DNA of 64,000 nt from Adineta vaga (GCA_021613535.1 CP075492.1:5270001-5334000); one strand, 5' to 3'; shown: positions 24,784 to 38,760, counted from the first letter of the stretch. Program-made: numbers and translations. The notes: a model not told the origin generated them from the sequence alone.

Positions 24784-26535
24784 ATGTTTAAGACAACATT
24801 AGAAACTTTATCTAATGAGTTATTTATCGATTTATTTGAATTTCTCAATGCTCCTGATGTTTTCCGTGCTTTCCATGGCCTGAACAATCGTTTTAATTCT
24901 CTTCTATTTCATCAAATGCATAGTTATTCTCTCGATTTTCGTTCAATTCCTAAAGACGATTTCGAACAATTCTGTCAAACATATCTTTCATCTATTAGTT
25001 GTCGAATAGCATATCTTCGACTCTCGGATGATGATGATACACCAAATGAATGTTCGTATTTACGTTGTTATAGTTTTACAATGAATCATTTTTCAAAACT
25101 TCATTCTTTAACATTTGATTCTATCAATTCAGATTCAACATTTTATAAAGTATTCTTATCGCATTTACATTGTCTTGATTATTTGAAATATTTAAAATTT
25201 ACTGACTGTTATTTTGATATTTCTTCAGAAGAATCTCAAGATCTTATTGATCAGATTTGGAATTTACCAAAATTAACACATTTATATTGTGGTATTATAT
25301 TTCGAAATGGTTATACATTCGATGCAACAAAGTCAGTTTCAACATCATTACACGATTTGACTATTGTTAAAAACAGCTGGTATGGAAATATATTTGGATG
25401 TTTATTAAACAGCACACCAAATTTGCAAAAATTCTGTACTGAATTGAATAATTACGATAGTGATCACAGACCACCATACAAAGAATTTATTTTCCCATCA
25501 CCACATCTATTGATGCATAAATTAATATTAACGAATGTACGTTCACGACGTGAAATGATATATTTTTTTACATTATTACCCAACATTAATTATTTAAAAA
25601 TCGAATTATTTTCAGTGACATTGGATGGATGTCAATGGGAAAAAATTATCAATCAATATTTACGTCGACTGAACATATTTCAAATGCGGATGTCCTTTGA
25701 TCTTGTTCTAGAAGATGAAGAAGAACGAGAGAATAAACAAATAGTTAATGATTATATGCAAACATATATGACATCTTTTTGGATTGATCGTCAATGGTAT
25801 ATTCGATGTCATTGGACAGTACATAAAAAAATCATTTCAATGAATATTTATACATTACCTTATTCATTCAATTATTTTTCGATGGATAAAAACGAATTCA
25901 ATTTTTCTACGGTATCAACTTGTCCAAATGATATGTTCTTTAATTATAATTCTATTCGTAATATTAGATATGAACCAGCAATATTCCATAACAAGATTTT
26001 CTCGCATACGACTATGAATGATACTACAACATTAGAAATTATATTTCCAATTGATGATCGATTTTTTACTCTTTTTCCAGCATTTAATCAGATGTTTTCT
26101 TTATGTATACATATATCATCAGTTCATCAACATGATCAAGTACAAAAATTACTTGACAATATGCCTCGTCTATACTCATTAGGATTCATGTCTTGGGACA
26201 CTCCAATTATGCCACCTTATGAATATACTAGTACATCAGTTCGTCGACTTGATCTTTGCGGAATGGATAAATCAACTCATAAGCATTATAAATACAATCA
26301 AGGACATTGTCGACTATTATGTCAATCATCATTAGGTAAACAATGTCGTGTATTAATCATCGATGTTAAAACAGCAATTAGTGTTTTATACTTAATTCAT
26401 CATATGAATAATCTTCGAACATTGAAAGTATCATATGAAGATAATGATCAATATTCTGAAATAAGTAGAAAACATTTACCAACCACATGGACAATTGCAC
26501 AAAAACGTCGTGGATATCTTATTCTTCACTCCTAG
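24784..26535 (+). CDS. F-box-like/LRR-like protein, intronless
   Basis: LETLSNELFIDLFEFL F-box-like start, LxxLxL repeats, IYTLPYSF motif shared with the 3586 gene. Confidence 0.8.
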   Translation: MFKTTLETLSNELFIDLFEFLNAPDVFRAFHGLNNRFNSLLFHQMHSYSLDFRSIPKDDFEQFCQTYLSSISCRIAYLRLSDDDDTPNECSYLRCYSFTMNHFSKLHSLTFDSINSDSTFYKVFLSHLHCLDYLKYLKFTDCYFDISSEESQDLIDQIWNLPKLTHLYCGIIFRNGYTFDATKSVSTSLHDLTIVKNSWYGNIFGCLLNSTPNLQKFCTELNNYDSDHRPPYKEFIFPSPHLLMHKLILTNVRSRREMIYFFTLLPNINYLKIELFSVTLDGCQWEKIINQYLRRLNIFQMRMSFDLVLEDEEERENKQIVNDYMQTYMTSFWIDRQWYIRCHWTVHKKIISMNIYTLPYSFNYFSMDKNEFNFSTVSTCPNDMFFNYNSIRNIRYEPAIFHNKIFSHTTMNDTTTLEIIFPIDDRFFTLFPAFNQMFSLCIHISSVHQHDQVQKLLDNMPRLYSLGFMSWDTPIMPPYEYTSTSVRRLDLCGMDKSTHKHYKYNQGHCRLLCQSSLGKQCRVLIIDVKTAISVLYLIHHMNNLRTLKVSYEDNDQYSEISRKHLPTTWTIAQKRRGYLILHS

Positions 26536-26555
26536 ATTGTTCTTTTTATCGTGTC

Positions 26556-26570
26556 TGTGTGTGTGTGTGT
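26556..26570. repeat. (TG)n microsatellite in 3' UTR
   Basis: tgtgtgtgtgtgtgt. Confidence 0.7.
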
Positions 26571-26903
26571 ATTATTAAAAACTCATTTGATTTGTAAATA
26601 AATTAGATTAGATGAAGATTTCTTTTACATCGATAAGGATCTAAATCGTTCTAAAGATGCAATGACATCTACTAAGTCTGTATTTCAGTAAACTAAATCC
26701 TGACTTTAAATATTTAATGTTGTTAAATCAATTTGCTTTTATTTCCTATACGTCAGCATATTTCAATATTTCTTCTAAGTTATATATTCTTAACCGATGG
26801 TAACTTCCATCTGCCATGATATCGTTTTAAACTAACATTAAAAAGGAAACTTAACAGTTGGAATACATTACTCTAGTTTGGAACTGCGAATAAAACAGCA
26901 ACA

Positions 26904-28191
26904 ATGGCTCAATTAGAAACGTTGTATGTATATTTCAAAAAATTACAGGCATTGTAACTGCTGTTTTGTAATAGATATGTACAGATTCGAACACGAAAAA
27001 AGAAGTGGTTGATATTCAGCATCAGTATAGTTGCTATGACAATAATAATTGTTCCTATTGTTTTAGAAGTGGCCGTAACAAAGAAAAAGACACATGTAAT
27101 CGAAACATCAACAACGACAACAAAAATTCTAACATCGACAATAACAACAGCACCTGCAAATATAACAATAGCAACAGGTATTTTGTTTCAGGAGTGAGAA
27201 TGGAGATCGAAATAATAAATTTAAAATTTATACGTTTACAGTCGTCAAAAACATCATTAATTTTCACATTGTCACTTCTTTTTATGCTACAGATAATGTC
27301 AATATTACTTGGAAACAGGATGGAATTACAGTTGCTGGAGGAAATGGACAGGGTGACAGAACAGATCAATTAAATAATCCTCTAGGTTTTGCTATCGATC
27401 GTAATTTTACCCTCTATATTGCTGATGTTGATAACAATCGGATTGTTAAATGGAAATTAAATGCGACCAATGGTGAAATTGTTATCGGTGGTACGAATCC
27501 AGAAAACGAAATAGACCAATTAAGCCGACCGACGGATGTAGTTATTGATCAAATAGACGATACTCTCATTATATGTGATTCGGCAAACAATCGATTGTTA
27601 AAATTACGTCATCCCAATCCCGATAACCAACCAACAATTACTTTTTCAAGTAGTTGTGATCTTCTAGCTATCGATATTGATGGAACTATATACATAACTA
27701 TTTCTTCGGAACATAAAATAAAACGATGGAGAAAAGGAGAATTAGATACAACAACAATAGCTGGTGGAAATGGATTTGGAGATCAATTGTTTCAATTGTA
27801 TGATGCTCGTTATACGTTCGTGGATAAAGAGTATTCACTTTATGTATCAGATACGTTTAATCATCGTATCATGAAATGGATGCAAGGTGCAACAAAAGGA
27901 ATCGTTGCTGCTGGACAAGGTGCGAAAAATAATTTGACACAATTGTCTTATCCTATGGGATTGCTTGTCGATGATTCAAATAATATTTATGTCGTTGATA
28001 GTATATATATGCAAGTAATACGTTTTTCTCAAACATCTGGCAAAAGTAGTATTATTGTTGGTGGATATGGAGCTGGAAGTGCTAGTTATCAACTTCATGA
28101 TCCTCAAGATATATTATTCGATCGACAAGGAAATCTTTATGTTGTCGATTGTTTTAACAATCGTATACAAAAATTTTCTATTCATAATTAA
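26904..28191 (+). CDS. Type II membrane NHL-repeat protein, 3 exons (26904-~26923, ~26975-27177, ~27293-28191)
   Basis: MAQLETL|YVQIRTRKKKWLIFSISIVAMTIIIVPIVL TM, Thr stalk, WKQDGITVAGGNGQG...QLNNP and further NHL repeats. Confidence 0.8.
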
Positions 28192-28241
28192 ATTTTCTTA
28201 TTATTCTATGAAATCAATTCAAGTTTTGCTTATTGTATAAA

Positions 28242-31200
28242 TTATCCATTCGAAGTAACTGTATTTGTTCGACATCGATCTCGAATTTTGAATAGAATTT
28301 GGATTAAATATGGAATACTAAATCTTAGAGCAATAGTTAATCCACCATATAAACCGAGAATATTCGATATTGTATAAGTAATATAATCATCTTTTTCCAT
28401 AGTATACCAACATTCTTGTATATTACATTGATTATAAAATGTTAAGTAAGACGTGTTAACTATCCATTCTTCAATAAATAATTGATCTGCAATCTTTTCA
28501 ATAATTGTCTCTCGTTTAAAATGACTTTTATTCGAAAAATTCATAGCTGAGATATTAATCAGATCAGAATGTTGCCAAGTATATGTTTGTATATGAAATA
28601 CTAATGAATTCAAACATATTTGATCGTAGAAACATTGCAATGTTGAACGTAATACTGTTTCGACAACTGAACATCCAATTTTCCATCCAGGTATAAGTAA
28701 TCTTGCTGTATTATACCATTCATGATAAACTCCACCGAAACCAACACAATCACTTTGTGTGCCACATGAACATTCCTTAGTCATTTGAACTGGTTGAATA
28801 GGATGTATATTAAAAACAGTATCCAGTTCATTATACCAATACCAATTCAAACAATACGATGATACAAATGCATTTCCATTAATAATATCACGAAGAAGTT
28901 TGAGCGTTCGAGAGAATTTAATTAAAGTATTATTTCGAAATTGTGAATTAATATTATTCATTTGAATATCAAATTCCGATATCGATATCATATGAGTACT
29001 GATAAATGTTTCATTTAAAAATTGTTGTATTGCATTTTGAATTGTTATTTGAGATAGTTGACATAATGTCGAAAGAAATAGAAAATATGGACCACCACGT
29101 ACACGAATATCACGTCGATCATATTCGTACCAATCTCCAATATCAAATAAATAATCAATCCATTTTCGGCTAATAAAATCACTTGAACATACAGCATGAA
29201 TTGTTGTGTTGATTTCAATGAAATATTTATATTCAATCGAAATTTTTTCACATGGACATTTCAATGATTCTGAATAGGTCATTAGTAATTGATCGTAATC
29301 ATTCGGAGATGGATTTGAATAAGATCGAAGTTCAATTCTATTGGAAAAGATTGTATACAGTGTTATAACATACATAGCAATCGAAAAAACTAAGATATAA
29401 ACACGAGTGGATATTCTTTGACGACGAATTGTTTCCAAATGATCTGATTCGTCATCGAATATATTTAATATCAATAACTTATTGATCAATCGATTTATTA
29501 GATTGAACTCATGGTAAGTAACTTCTTGGTGTTCAGTTTGAGTTTGTAATGATCTATAGTAACTAACGACTTTGAAAATAATCTTGATAATCCATGGTAC
29601 AATCAACCGAAGAATTGTATTAATTCCACCAATAAGACTGATAAGAATAGTAATTATATGTATCATATTAGTTTTCTTTTCACAAGTAAATGAACAAAAT
29701 AATGGTTTACATTTTGAATAAAAATTCTCGTATGAAGACGAAAATTTCCATTCTTCAATCATAATTTCATTAAATATTGTTTCAATTGATGTATTTGGGA
29801 AATATCGACTGGATAATGATGGATCAAGTAGAATTGTAGAATCAGGTATTGGAATTCCAATTTTACTAACAAGTTTTCGTAATTTATTCATACAATCTTG
29901 ATTAAACCAACATATTAATGATGATCTCATGACTGTATCAATAATTGAACAACCACCATGTATTCCTTCAAGTTGCCAATCAATCGGATAATGTTGCTGT
30001 CCATCATAAATCCACTTATCTAAATGACATGTTGAATCAATAACACAATAACATTTATGATCATTTGTATTTGTAGTATATAAAGCATAGATAAACATTT
30101 TGACTGCATCTAAACTCTTATTTAAATATTGATATACAGATGTAAGACGAGTACTTGTTATTGTACGACTTAGATATTGATTACTATGAATTAATGTTTT
30201 CGTTAGATTTATTCGATAGAGAAATTCAGTTATTGTTAATTGTTTAAATGCATTTACAGATGAATTGATTTGTGAATAGAAAAGATCATTTGTTAGAAGA
30301 TGTGAATTAATCAAATTTCTTATTAAAAATCGTTGAATTGTATCATGAATAGTTTCATTTGCAATATGACAAAATGTTTCCAATGTTTGAAAATATGATG
30401 AAGCAATATATAAAAAATCGATATTTGAGTAAAAACTTTGTATAGATGAAAAACGTTGATACCATGATGATTGAATAAAATAACTTGAACATATTTGATG
30501 ATATCGAACTTCAATATTGATAATATCTTTGTACGAAATCATTACTTCAGTACATGAACAAGTTAATGTAGAGGAATATTGTTTTTCAAGTTGTTCATAT
30601 TCTTGAGTAGATGGATTGATGAGTTTTGCAGTAATGATTTGATTGGATAAATCAGAAGTGAAAATACAGATACAGATAGAAATGAACAATAAAATGACAT
30701 ATAATCGTGTAGCGAGAAGACCATGATATATACGTGTTGGATTACGAGAATTTGAATCGTATAAATTAAACTTGATGATCTTGATTTTGATTGTAACGAA
30801 AAGTTTTTTTAAACGAATTCGAATTGTTTCATCTCGTTGAATATGTTCTTGATGTGATTTTTTCGAAAAAACACGTTGTTTTACAAATAAAATCAATTGA
30901 ATAATACCAGGAGTAATTATACTTAATACAGCTGTTATACCTCCAAACAGAGCGATAATCATAGTAAGAACTGATATCCAATTAAATTGATGGAAATAAG
31001 TATAAGTACAACTGTATGGTAAGCATGTTGAATAATATTCCGAATAATTTGGTAGATTTACAATTTCTTCAATGAATAATTCTTTTACGAGTGATTCGAT
31101 GATTGTTTTCGAATTAAAACGACTTAGTATGGATCGATTTAGAATTGAAATATTGAATTTTGTTTGATAAGTTGAAAGTAGAATATTCAAACATGATTGA

Positions 31201-32172
31201 TTATAAAAACATTCTAAGGATGATGAGAGAGTCGTTTGAATTGGTAAACAATCAACTATTATACCAGATAAACTTTCTTTCGTTTCGATTTTATTCAAAT
31301 CGTAAACTTCAAGTTTTTTTTATATAGTTTTTGTACAAATAAAGATTTCCAGGTAATGGACATGAACCATGATCTTTACAAGAACATTCTATTGTAGAAT
31401 TTTTTCGTTTATATATATTCGCATGTATTCCAGCTTCTAGGACATGATTTTCATGTGTTGGTAAATCCAATTTTTGGGATATAGTAACATAATTTGTTAG
31501 TAATCCTGTTATTAATTGATTTGCTTGTGCCATTTTATGAGCAAGCAACATCGATTGTATAAAATTTGGTGCTGTTGTTTGATGCAGTAAATGTGAAGTT
31601 GTTTGAACTTTAGCTGTTAAGATTTGTTTTGTTAATAATATTGGATTAATCAATGGAAAATTGTCAAATTGATTAAGAATATCAATTGTTGTATTTGTTG
31701 CACTTTGACAAAATGATCGAATCAATTGAAACATTGTGCTTAAACTTGTTCGTACATCGATTGGCATAATTGAGGTTATATTTATTCTGAATATAAAATC
31801 GATCCATTTTTGAGAAATAAAATCACTTGAACACACTTGATGAAATTTTGGTATTGTTTGAACAAATTTCCCATAAGGAATGGAAAGTTTTGTACAAACA
31901 CATTGTAAACTATCGGAATATTTCTTTTGAAAATTTTCATAAACAGATTGACTTGGAAATGTGATTGTTCTAGTCTCAATTTGATTGGTTATTGAAATAT
32001 AGGTTGTTAAAATAATAAGAGAAATAATAACAAGAATGATGTAGAGACGAGTTGATAAGATTTCACGACGAATGATCAATGGATCGGGTGATCGAGAATC
32101 AAAAAGATTCCATCGAATGACTTGATCAAATACTGTTTTATACGATAATTGCAATCTCAATCTTATAGACAT
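28242..32172 (-). CDS. Six-TM protein made of three tandem units of about 430 aa (TM, Cys-rich ectodomain, TM); frameshift at ~31314-31321
   Basis: Three copies of TR(L/V)Y..L TM1, Y..(S/T)L.C.C, H.(V/I)CSS.FI, a late C...C.(Y/F) motif and (I/L)..L.GG TM2. ORFs 31309..32172 and 28242..31298 are joined by a frame change in an A8 run on the minus strand. Confidence 0.8.
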
Positions 32173-33004
32173 GAGAGTATTCTGCTAGATATGAGTGTTT
32201 GGGTAAATTCTTACTTTTTTATTGAAACGATTCATTGTTTTATATAATAACTTGATTCGCCTACATGATAATGTCAATATGAAATATTTAATGGAACATT
32301 TGTGACAAATACAACGTTGATATCAAAGAGACATAAACTTATCTATAATGCTTTTCTTTTCTTTTTTTAATTATAACTAGTTAGAAACATGAAAAGACAT
32401 TAGAAAAAATGACTCATTAAATAGTGAAACTTTCATGTCAGATGCGAAGTTGACGATTAGGGTGTGGGTGTGTATTAAGAATATAGTTTAACCCTCATGT
32501 ATAGAATACAGAATACGAAGCCGTCGTTTGAACTAAAGAAAACTTTATTGCGTAGTTGCAATGAGCAAAATATAAATATTAAATTTAATCATATAATTTC
32601 ATCGAAAGGAGAATCATCTTGAGAGTGATTGTAAACGTAAAGGTATATGTCTTGTTTTTGTCGACACTCACTCCATATAGTTGTCTCTTATTCTCAATAT
32701 AACAAATATTTCCTTATTTGTCAAATGTAATCACAAGAAGAAGAAGAATAACTCTATAGCGCAGTACATAAGAAATTGATCGAGAATTTTGTAAGAGCTA
32801 TTTTAAGCTTTCGATGTTGAATCCGATTTATACAGACCAAGTACAGTGAATTAATCTGTATACTTCAAGACTAAATGACAATCAGAGTATTTATTTTATA
32901 AAACTATATGAACGGTACGATCACATACATATCAAAATCAGCGTAGAACACAAATCATGCGTCTCTCTAATGGTTTTGTCATTGGACAATACGATGGTAG
33001 TTGA

Positions 33005-34372
33005 TTATACTGTTTGAATACATCCACTGCCATTACGTCTGGACTCTGCAAATGGTTCAAAGAAATGTTTTAACCCTTTGCGTAATCCTGATTCTGAATA
33101 ATCATGTAAATCAGCGGGTTTCCAAAACCAGCGATCTTTAAAATAGTTCGATGAGTAGTTTGATGGAATAAAAAATGGACTATTCTTATGAGTTTCCCAA
33201 TCGTATGAATTATCCATCACTTCTTTCGACTCATGATCGCGATCATCCGATATAGTCTTAATTGCGTGCAAATCTTTACAATGTGTTGGATTACACATAT
33301 AAGAATAAGGAATATAACAGTATCCCTTATCACCCTAGAATACAAATATCATCGTCACATTCTTTGTGTGTATGCTTGAAGGAGAAAAAAAATTATATCC
33401 TGTGAAGCCTAAGTGATGCAGAAAAACAGTCATGTCATCGATGAGAAGTGTGTGAGAAATCCCATACACTACATTAACTATGTTCTGTATTCGCTTGAAG
33501 ATTAATAAAAAGAACCTACCCACTTCTCACCCCATGAATTTCTAACAATGAAACATTGTGATCGATCGCTATAACCTACTGCCAACATTGCATGCCAACC
33601 GTGCTCTTGACGTTGTGCTTCTGTACCAACGTCTGGCATCGGTACTCTTCCACCATTGGTTTCTGCTTGTGAAAAAGATTTAAAAAGTTGCAGCCCAAAT
33701 GTAAAAGGATAACCTTGAGCTAGACATGCTTTCATTTCGTCTAATTCGGTTTTCAATTGCATACCATTAGTAATGCAATACTTTTTAGCTTCTGCGTAAC
33801 AATTTGATAATGGCTTGCGATTTACACTTGATGTTTCGTAAGGATGCAACTTTTCCTTGCAACACCCGAATTCTGTCAATCCTGCTATAGCACTTTTAAT
33901 AAAAGTACCACTATCCTTCATGTTCGATTCTTGAGCACCATCTTTTATACGTCCATTAAAATAAATAAATAATCGACTAACATCGACATGTTTTCCAGTA
34001 TTTTTCATAATTAAAAATTCATACGCCGCTAAAACAAGCTCAGTAAAAAAACGCACATCACTTTATTCAGATGAATTCTACCTGCGAGTGCATTTCCAAC
34101 GCTAGAATGAAATTTAAATGAGTTAAATACGTAGACGAATGAACTCAGCAATATGTCTGGACTTACCATGAACCTATTTGCTCTTGATCTTCAACTGGAG
34201 TCATCAACTGTCTCAAGTCAACAGATGGAGGTAACTTGTCGGTAGCATATTTCCTAACCATTGCAAACTTTGGAAGATCTGATAATGTTTCGCTAGGCTT
34301 AAAGCCGTCAAGACGATGACGACTGCCTGTTTCAGAATTGAGCAAAAAAACTAATCGACCTAACTGAGCCAT
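33005..34372 (-). CDS. Papain-family (C1A) cysteine protease of bacterial/xylellain type; exons 34372-34167, 34101-34082, 34028-33520, 33334-33005
   Basis: LPPSVDLR, EDQEQIGSCVGNALA (catalytic Cys codon split TG|C across an intron), SRLFIYFNGR, GWHAMLAVGY (His), IVRNSWG (Asn), GDKGYCYIPYSY; no signal peptide. Confidence 0.9.
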
Positions 34373-35479
34373 GGTGGTTGGTTCCTGAATGAAAATCTGA
34401 AATAAAAACTAATATCAAAAGACTTCTACTGTATTAAAGGGAATGAAATTAACAATACTTAACCACTCTTCTATGAAGAGGACTTGAAATGTCTTTTGAA
34501 AAGTTTCCCACATTCCATCATTCTTTTATGCATTTGTAGTCATTCTATCGCTGCATGTGGGAAAAATACCTTCTCAGAGCAAAGAAAAGAAGAAAAAAAA
34601 TGTTGAGTTTCATTACAGTATGGGAATGAAAATGAAGGAGGTAGACAATGTTTGTTTGGTCAAAAGAACGAGGAGAGAAAACAAATAGAGAATTACGCAG
34701 AAAGAATATGATCAAAAGTTGACTCTTCTACAGGCGAATTAGAATGATCAAGAAAGAAAACGGGAGCATATATTTTTTAATTGATGATTGGATAGTGAAG
34801 GCAAAAAAAGTAGTAAGTATTGATACAATAAATGATCGTAGTTTCATCTTCTTGCTGTATGTTATTCGAATGGAAATGGATGATGATGATAAATGAGATA
34901 CAGCAGGTCGAAATACATGAGTATACACGCTATATTGCTAATCATCATTAATAGATTAATCTTCTCTTGTAAAATGAGCTTACATGCTGAGCAAATTATT
35001 CAGCCATCATATACCTTGTAAAATGTAAGTTCATCTTTCTGTAAAAATATCATCTTTGCTTCTGACGACCTTATTAAATCTGTCTAAAGAGTTTAAAATA
35101 CCTCGGGATGATAATGATTAATGTTTGTTCTTCCACATCGTGTCAAAGGATTTGTTTGAGAAAGGAAATGAGAGTTACCAATGCATATATATTTAGTTTT
35201 CTAGCTGCTGCAGCAACAATAAGATTAACTGTGTATTATTGCGTGTTCGTAAGGCAATATCTCATCGATCAATGGAAAACCATGTAGTACTGATAGACAA
35301 AAATTCTTTGAATAATCTTCTTTAAAACACGCACCATGATCAGGTGAATTCATATAGTTCTCAAGATTTATTTCCTCAACGTCATTTTTCTTCCATTAAT
35401 CTTTGATATTCTATGGAGATAATAAAAGAAAAACGAAGGTAAATAATTAAGATACTCCTTAATTTGTGTTCAAATCTTC

Positions 35480-36387
35480 TCAAAACATTTTTTTAAGTTG
35501 TGGAGTAAAAAAAACCAATGATATAGACAATCCTATCATTGACAGACTAACTGAAAACCATTCAACACGAAAGAAAAGAGGTTGTTCTTGTCCAGTGATC
35601 ACAAATAGCATTACAATCACTACTGCTGGCATTCCAAGGAGTAGCAGTAAACAAACAATAACTACGATACGTCGAACAATTCGTAGATCTCGTTCTTGTC
35701 GTAATTTTACTACCATCGTTAGATTATTCGACTGCCGGTGAATATATATTGCGATACGAAGATAGATCATTGATAGCAACAAGACAGGACTTCCATATGC
35801 ATTCAGTATCACCCATAGTATACCACGAATGTTTTTATACGATACATAACAATAATGTTCACTTGATAGATACACTATATCACGCCAGAAAATAAGTGGA
35901 ATGAAAACAATGCCAACTAAAACGAGTTCGATCGGTGGTAAGAGAATGTACAACCACAAATTTCGAAGCCATCTCGCATTTGCATGCACAATGCGACAGA
36001 GACGAAACAGTGCCTAAAAAGAGCGATAACAAACGAAACTGTGCTTTAGTATTCCACTCACCTGATTAACAAATCCCCAATACATTGTTCCGCAGAGAAC
36101 AGGAAATAAATATGCGGGTAAAATACAAGATACTGATGTGTTAGATTCCTTTCCATCAAATCTCCTAATAATGATTGGATAGTAAATGAAACTAATATTG
36201 ATGTGAAGGCAAGAATAAATGGATAAATATTGACACAATGAATGATCGTAATTTTATCTTCTTGTTGCATGTGATTAGAACAGAGATAAAAGATGATGCG
36301 AATGATGATGATAAAGGAAATACAGCATGTCAAAATACTTATAGCAAGAGTACATAAATTCAGTGCAAACATTATACTGTTTATCAT
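35480..36387 (-). pseudogene. Rhodopsin-like 7-TM GPCR with a frameshift near 36157; exons 36387-36062, 36013-35480
   Basis: TM segments; LLGDL then frame change to GKESNTSVSCILPAYLF...GFVNQ|ALFRLCRIV; QERDLRIVRRIV. Could be a single-base sequencing error. Confidence 0.7.
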
Positions 36388-37348
36388 TGTTAATGAAAAG
36401 GTTTTGTTTGAAAATGATATAACCTGTACGATGAATCATTTACTTAATACACGTACTCGAGTGAATTCTTTACCGATCCTAGAAGGTAACACCGATGTAT
36501 GAAAATGCTTCAAATATGAATTGTCGGAAAGCACTAAGGTTACAAAACTTCTCAGAACATCAGCTAGATGGAAATGTACTTTTGTGTGAAGAAGAATCAT
36601 TCTTCTACCTTCTATATATATAATTAAGACGTGAATCAGTTCATCTATCTTTTCTTTGATTATTATCCTAAGCTTTTCAGTCATTTTTTTGACATTGCTA
36701 AAATATTAAGAAAAAAAATCAGAAGAAACTATGCAACTGACATGTTTTTTAATTATGATTTAGTGAACTTATTTTATGACAGAAATCTGTGTTTAAAAAC
36801 AAAGAACATTATTGGAATACAATTCAATCTGAAAAGATTTTGTATAATCATGAAAATTTGTGTGTTATGGCAACAGCAGTTTGATTTATACATATCAAGT
36901 TCCTTAAAAATAAAGCAATATTACTGGATGAAAAGAAAAATGCTTCTTTTATAAGAATAAATCTTCAAAAGATCTTCTGAAACGTTGGAATCAACCAAAA
37001 AAGACATGAGTAGTTTGTTGGTTAATAATGTTTCTTCTATGTATGGAAAATTCCCAGACTGTGTTTTTTTGTTCCTTTAAGTGCTATGAGAGAAAAACAA
37101 ACAAGTACGTCATATTTCCAGAGTTCTCGCTTTTGCCTCATTATTTATTTGTTTAAAGGAAAACACGAGAAGATGTTTTTTCCCAGTATAGACAAGTAGA
37201 TCGAAAAGTCTATATATGGCTTCTGATAGAAGTATTTAAAAAAAATTTCTATTAAGACTATATTCTCTAGAAGTTTTTCTCACTTTAAGAAATCTAAAAT
37301 ATTTCCTATTTCATTTAAATGGTCTCTTTTCAGATTAACGATCGGTGA

Positions 37349-38163
37349 ATGTCTTTAGAAGAGCTCAATAAAGAATTTCGTGATCAGTACGAATACGTTC
37401 TTGATGTCTGGCGAAAAAACCAAGGATATGTCATTATTGCTTCAGTTAGCTCTCTCATGCTTATGTCAAAAGGAATTATGTCTGGAACGCACAAAACCAT
37501 TTCAAATCTATATACGCAATTGAAATGTGTCGCACATATACCTCTTACGGTCTATTTTTTTATCAAGAATCAAAATTCATTATCCAACGATAAGCTTGAA
37601 CAATATAAGAAACGACTAGAAAATCCTGAATTACTAGTCGAAATTAATTCAGAATATTATTCGTCAGCGGAAAATATTGTAACAAAATCCTGTGAACTTC
37701 TTTCAGAAGCGAACACCAATAAGGAAGCGGTCGATCAGGTTCAAAACTGACTAATTTCTGTCAAAGTTTAAAAGAAGATCTATCTACTCTGTTGGACGGT
37801 GCTGCAATGGATCAATTAAATATAATGGATACCATTGTAAAGAATTGGATTCGATCATATAATATAGATATAAAAGAATCACCACCAAAAGTACTCATTC
37901 TCTCTCCAAAACCTGCTCGCGACAATAATCTTCAGACGATTTATCTTTAAGATGTTTTCGGTAAAGAGCGTGCACGTGCATTTTTCGTAGTTGAAGATAT
38001 CTTTAATCCGACAGCGGCTATCAAAGTCTTTTCAACTTGGTTCTATGATGAACAATTAGGTGATGCTTTTCTCAATGATCCAACTCACATGCATCGTGAC
38101 TTATTAGTCAGTGATCGTGTACGCGGCCATATAACGCACCTAAATTCTTCGACGCATAATTAA
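37349..38163 (+). pseudogene. Disrupted gene for an uncharacterised, bacterial-looking protein
   Basis: YTQLKCVAHIPLTVY; frameshift at ~37745; LTNFCQSLKEDL...AAMDQL; in-frame TAA 37948-37950; EDIFNPTAA...DEQLGDAFLNDPTHMHRDLL; final TAA 38161-38163. Confidence 0.65.
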
Positions 38164-38265
38164 TCTTAGCGCGTTGCAGACAAATTAACTTTTATCAAAC
38201 ATATTTTTAGCTAGATAATTTCAGTATTTAAAACAGAATTGAAATAAATATATATATATATCAAA

Positions 38266-38760
38266 TCAAATTTTTATGTTGACGTCCTTGGCACGTTTGG
38301 TCAAGATCTTGTCTTTATAATCTGTTCCCATTTCTAGATATTTTAATTTGGGACATATATCACGCTGATAAATGCAATCCTTTAACGATATGTAATTGGT
38401 CACAAATACTTCTAGAGTCAAAAGATGAACAAGATTATCTTCCACGATATTCAATTGTATGATTCAAACAAAAAATGTACCTAGATTGGATTCCTTATTG
38501 TTTTTGCTGGAATAACTAAAATCTTCTTCGAAAATACTCTCAAATTCTTCTCGATCATAATATCGTTTTCGAGTGAAGGCTACCCGGAATGCTTTGTTTA
38601 TGCCAGTATCATACTTAATGAGTTGATAGATCGCATCCATTGACGCATCTTGAGAGGTTGTCACTGATTTGATATTTCTGATCAATTATGTAAAAAGTTC
38701 ATCCTCAGATAATATATCAATTCGAGAACTTAAGATTACTTGGTATATTATAATTTTCGC
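38266..38760 (-). pseudogene. Coding-like fragment of unknown family
   Basis: Two short protein-like ORFs (38464..38685, 38266..38454) with an in-frame stop upstream; no family recognised. Confidence 0.3.

Noticed and set aside
34728-35100. Possible decayed gene or transposon fragment
   Set aside because: Only short low-complexity ORFs; no terminal repeats or catalytic motif seen.
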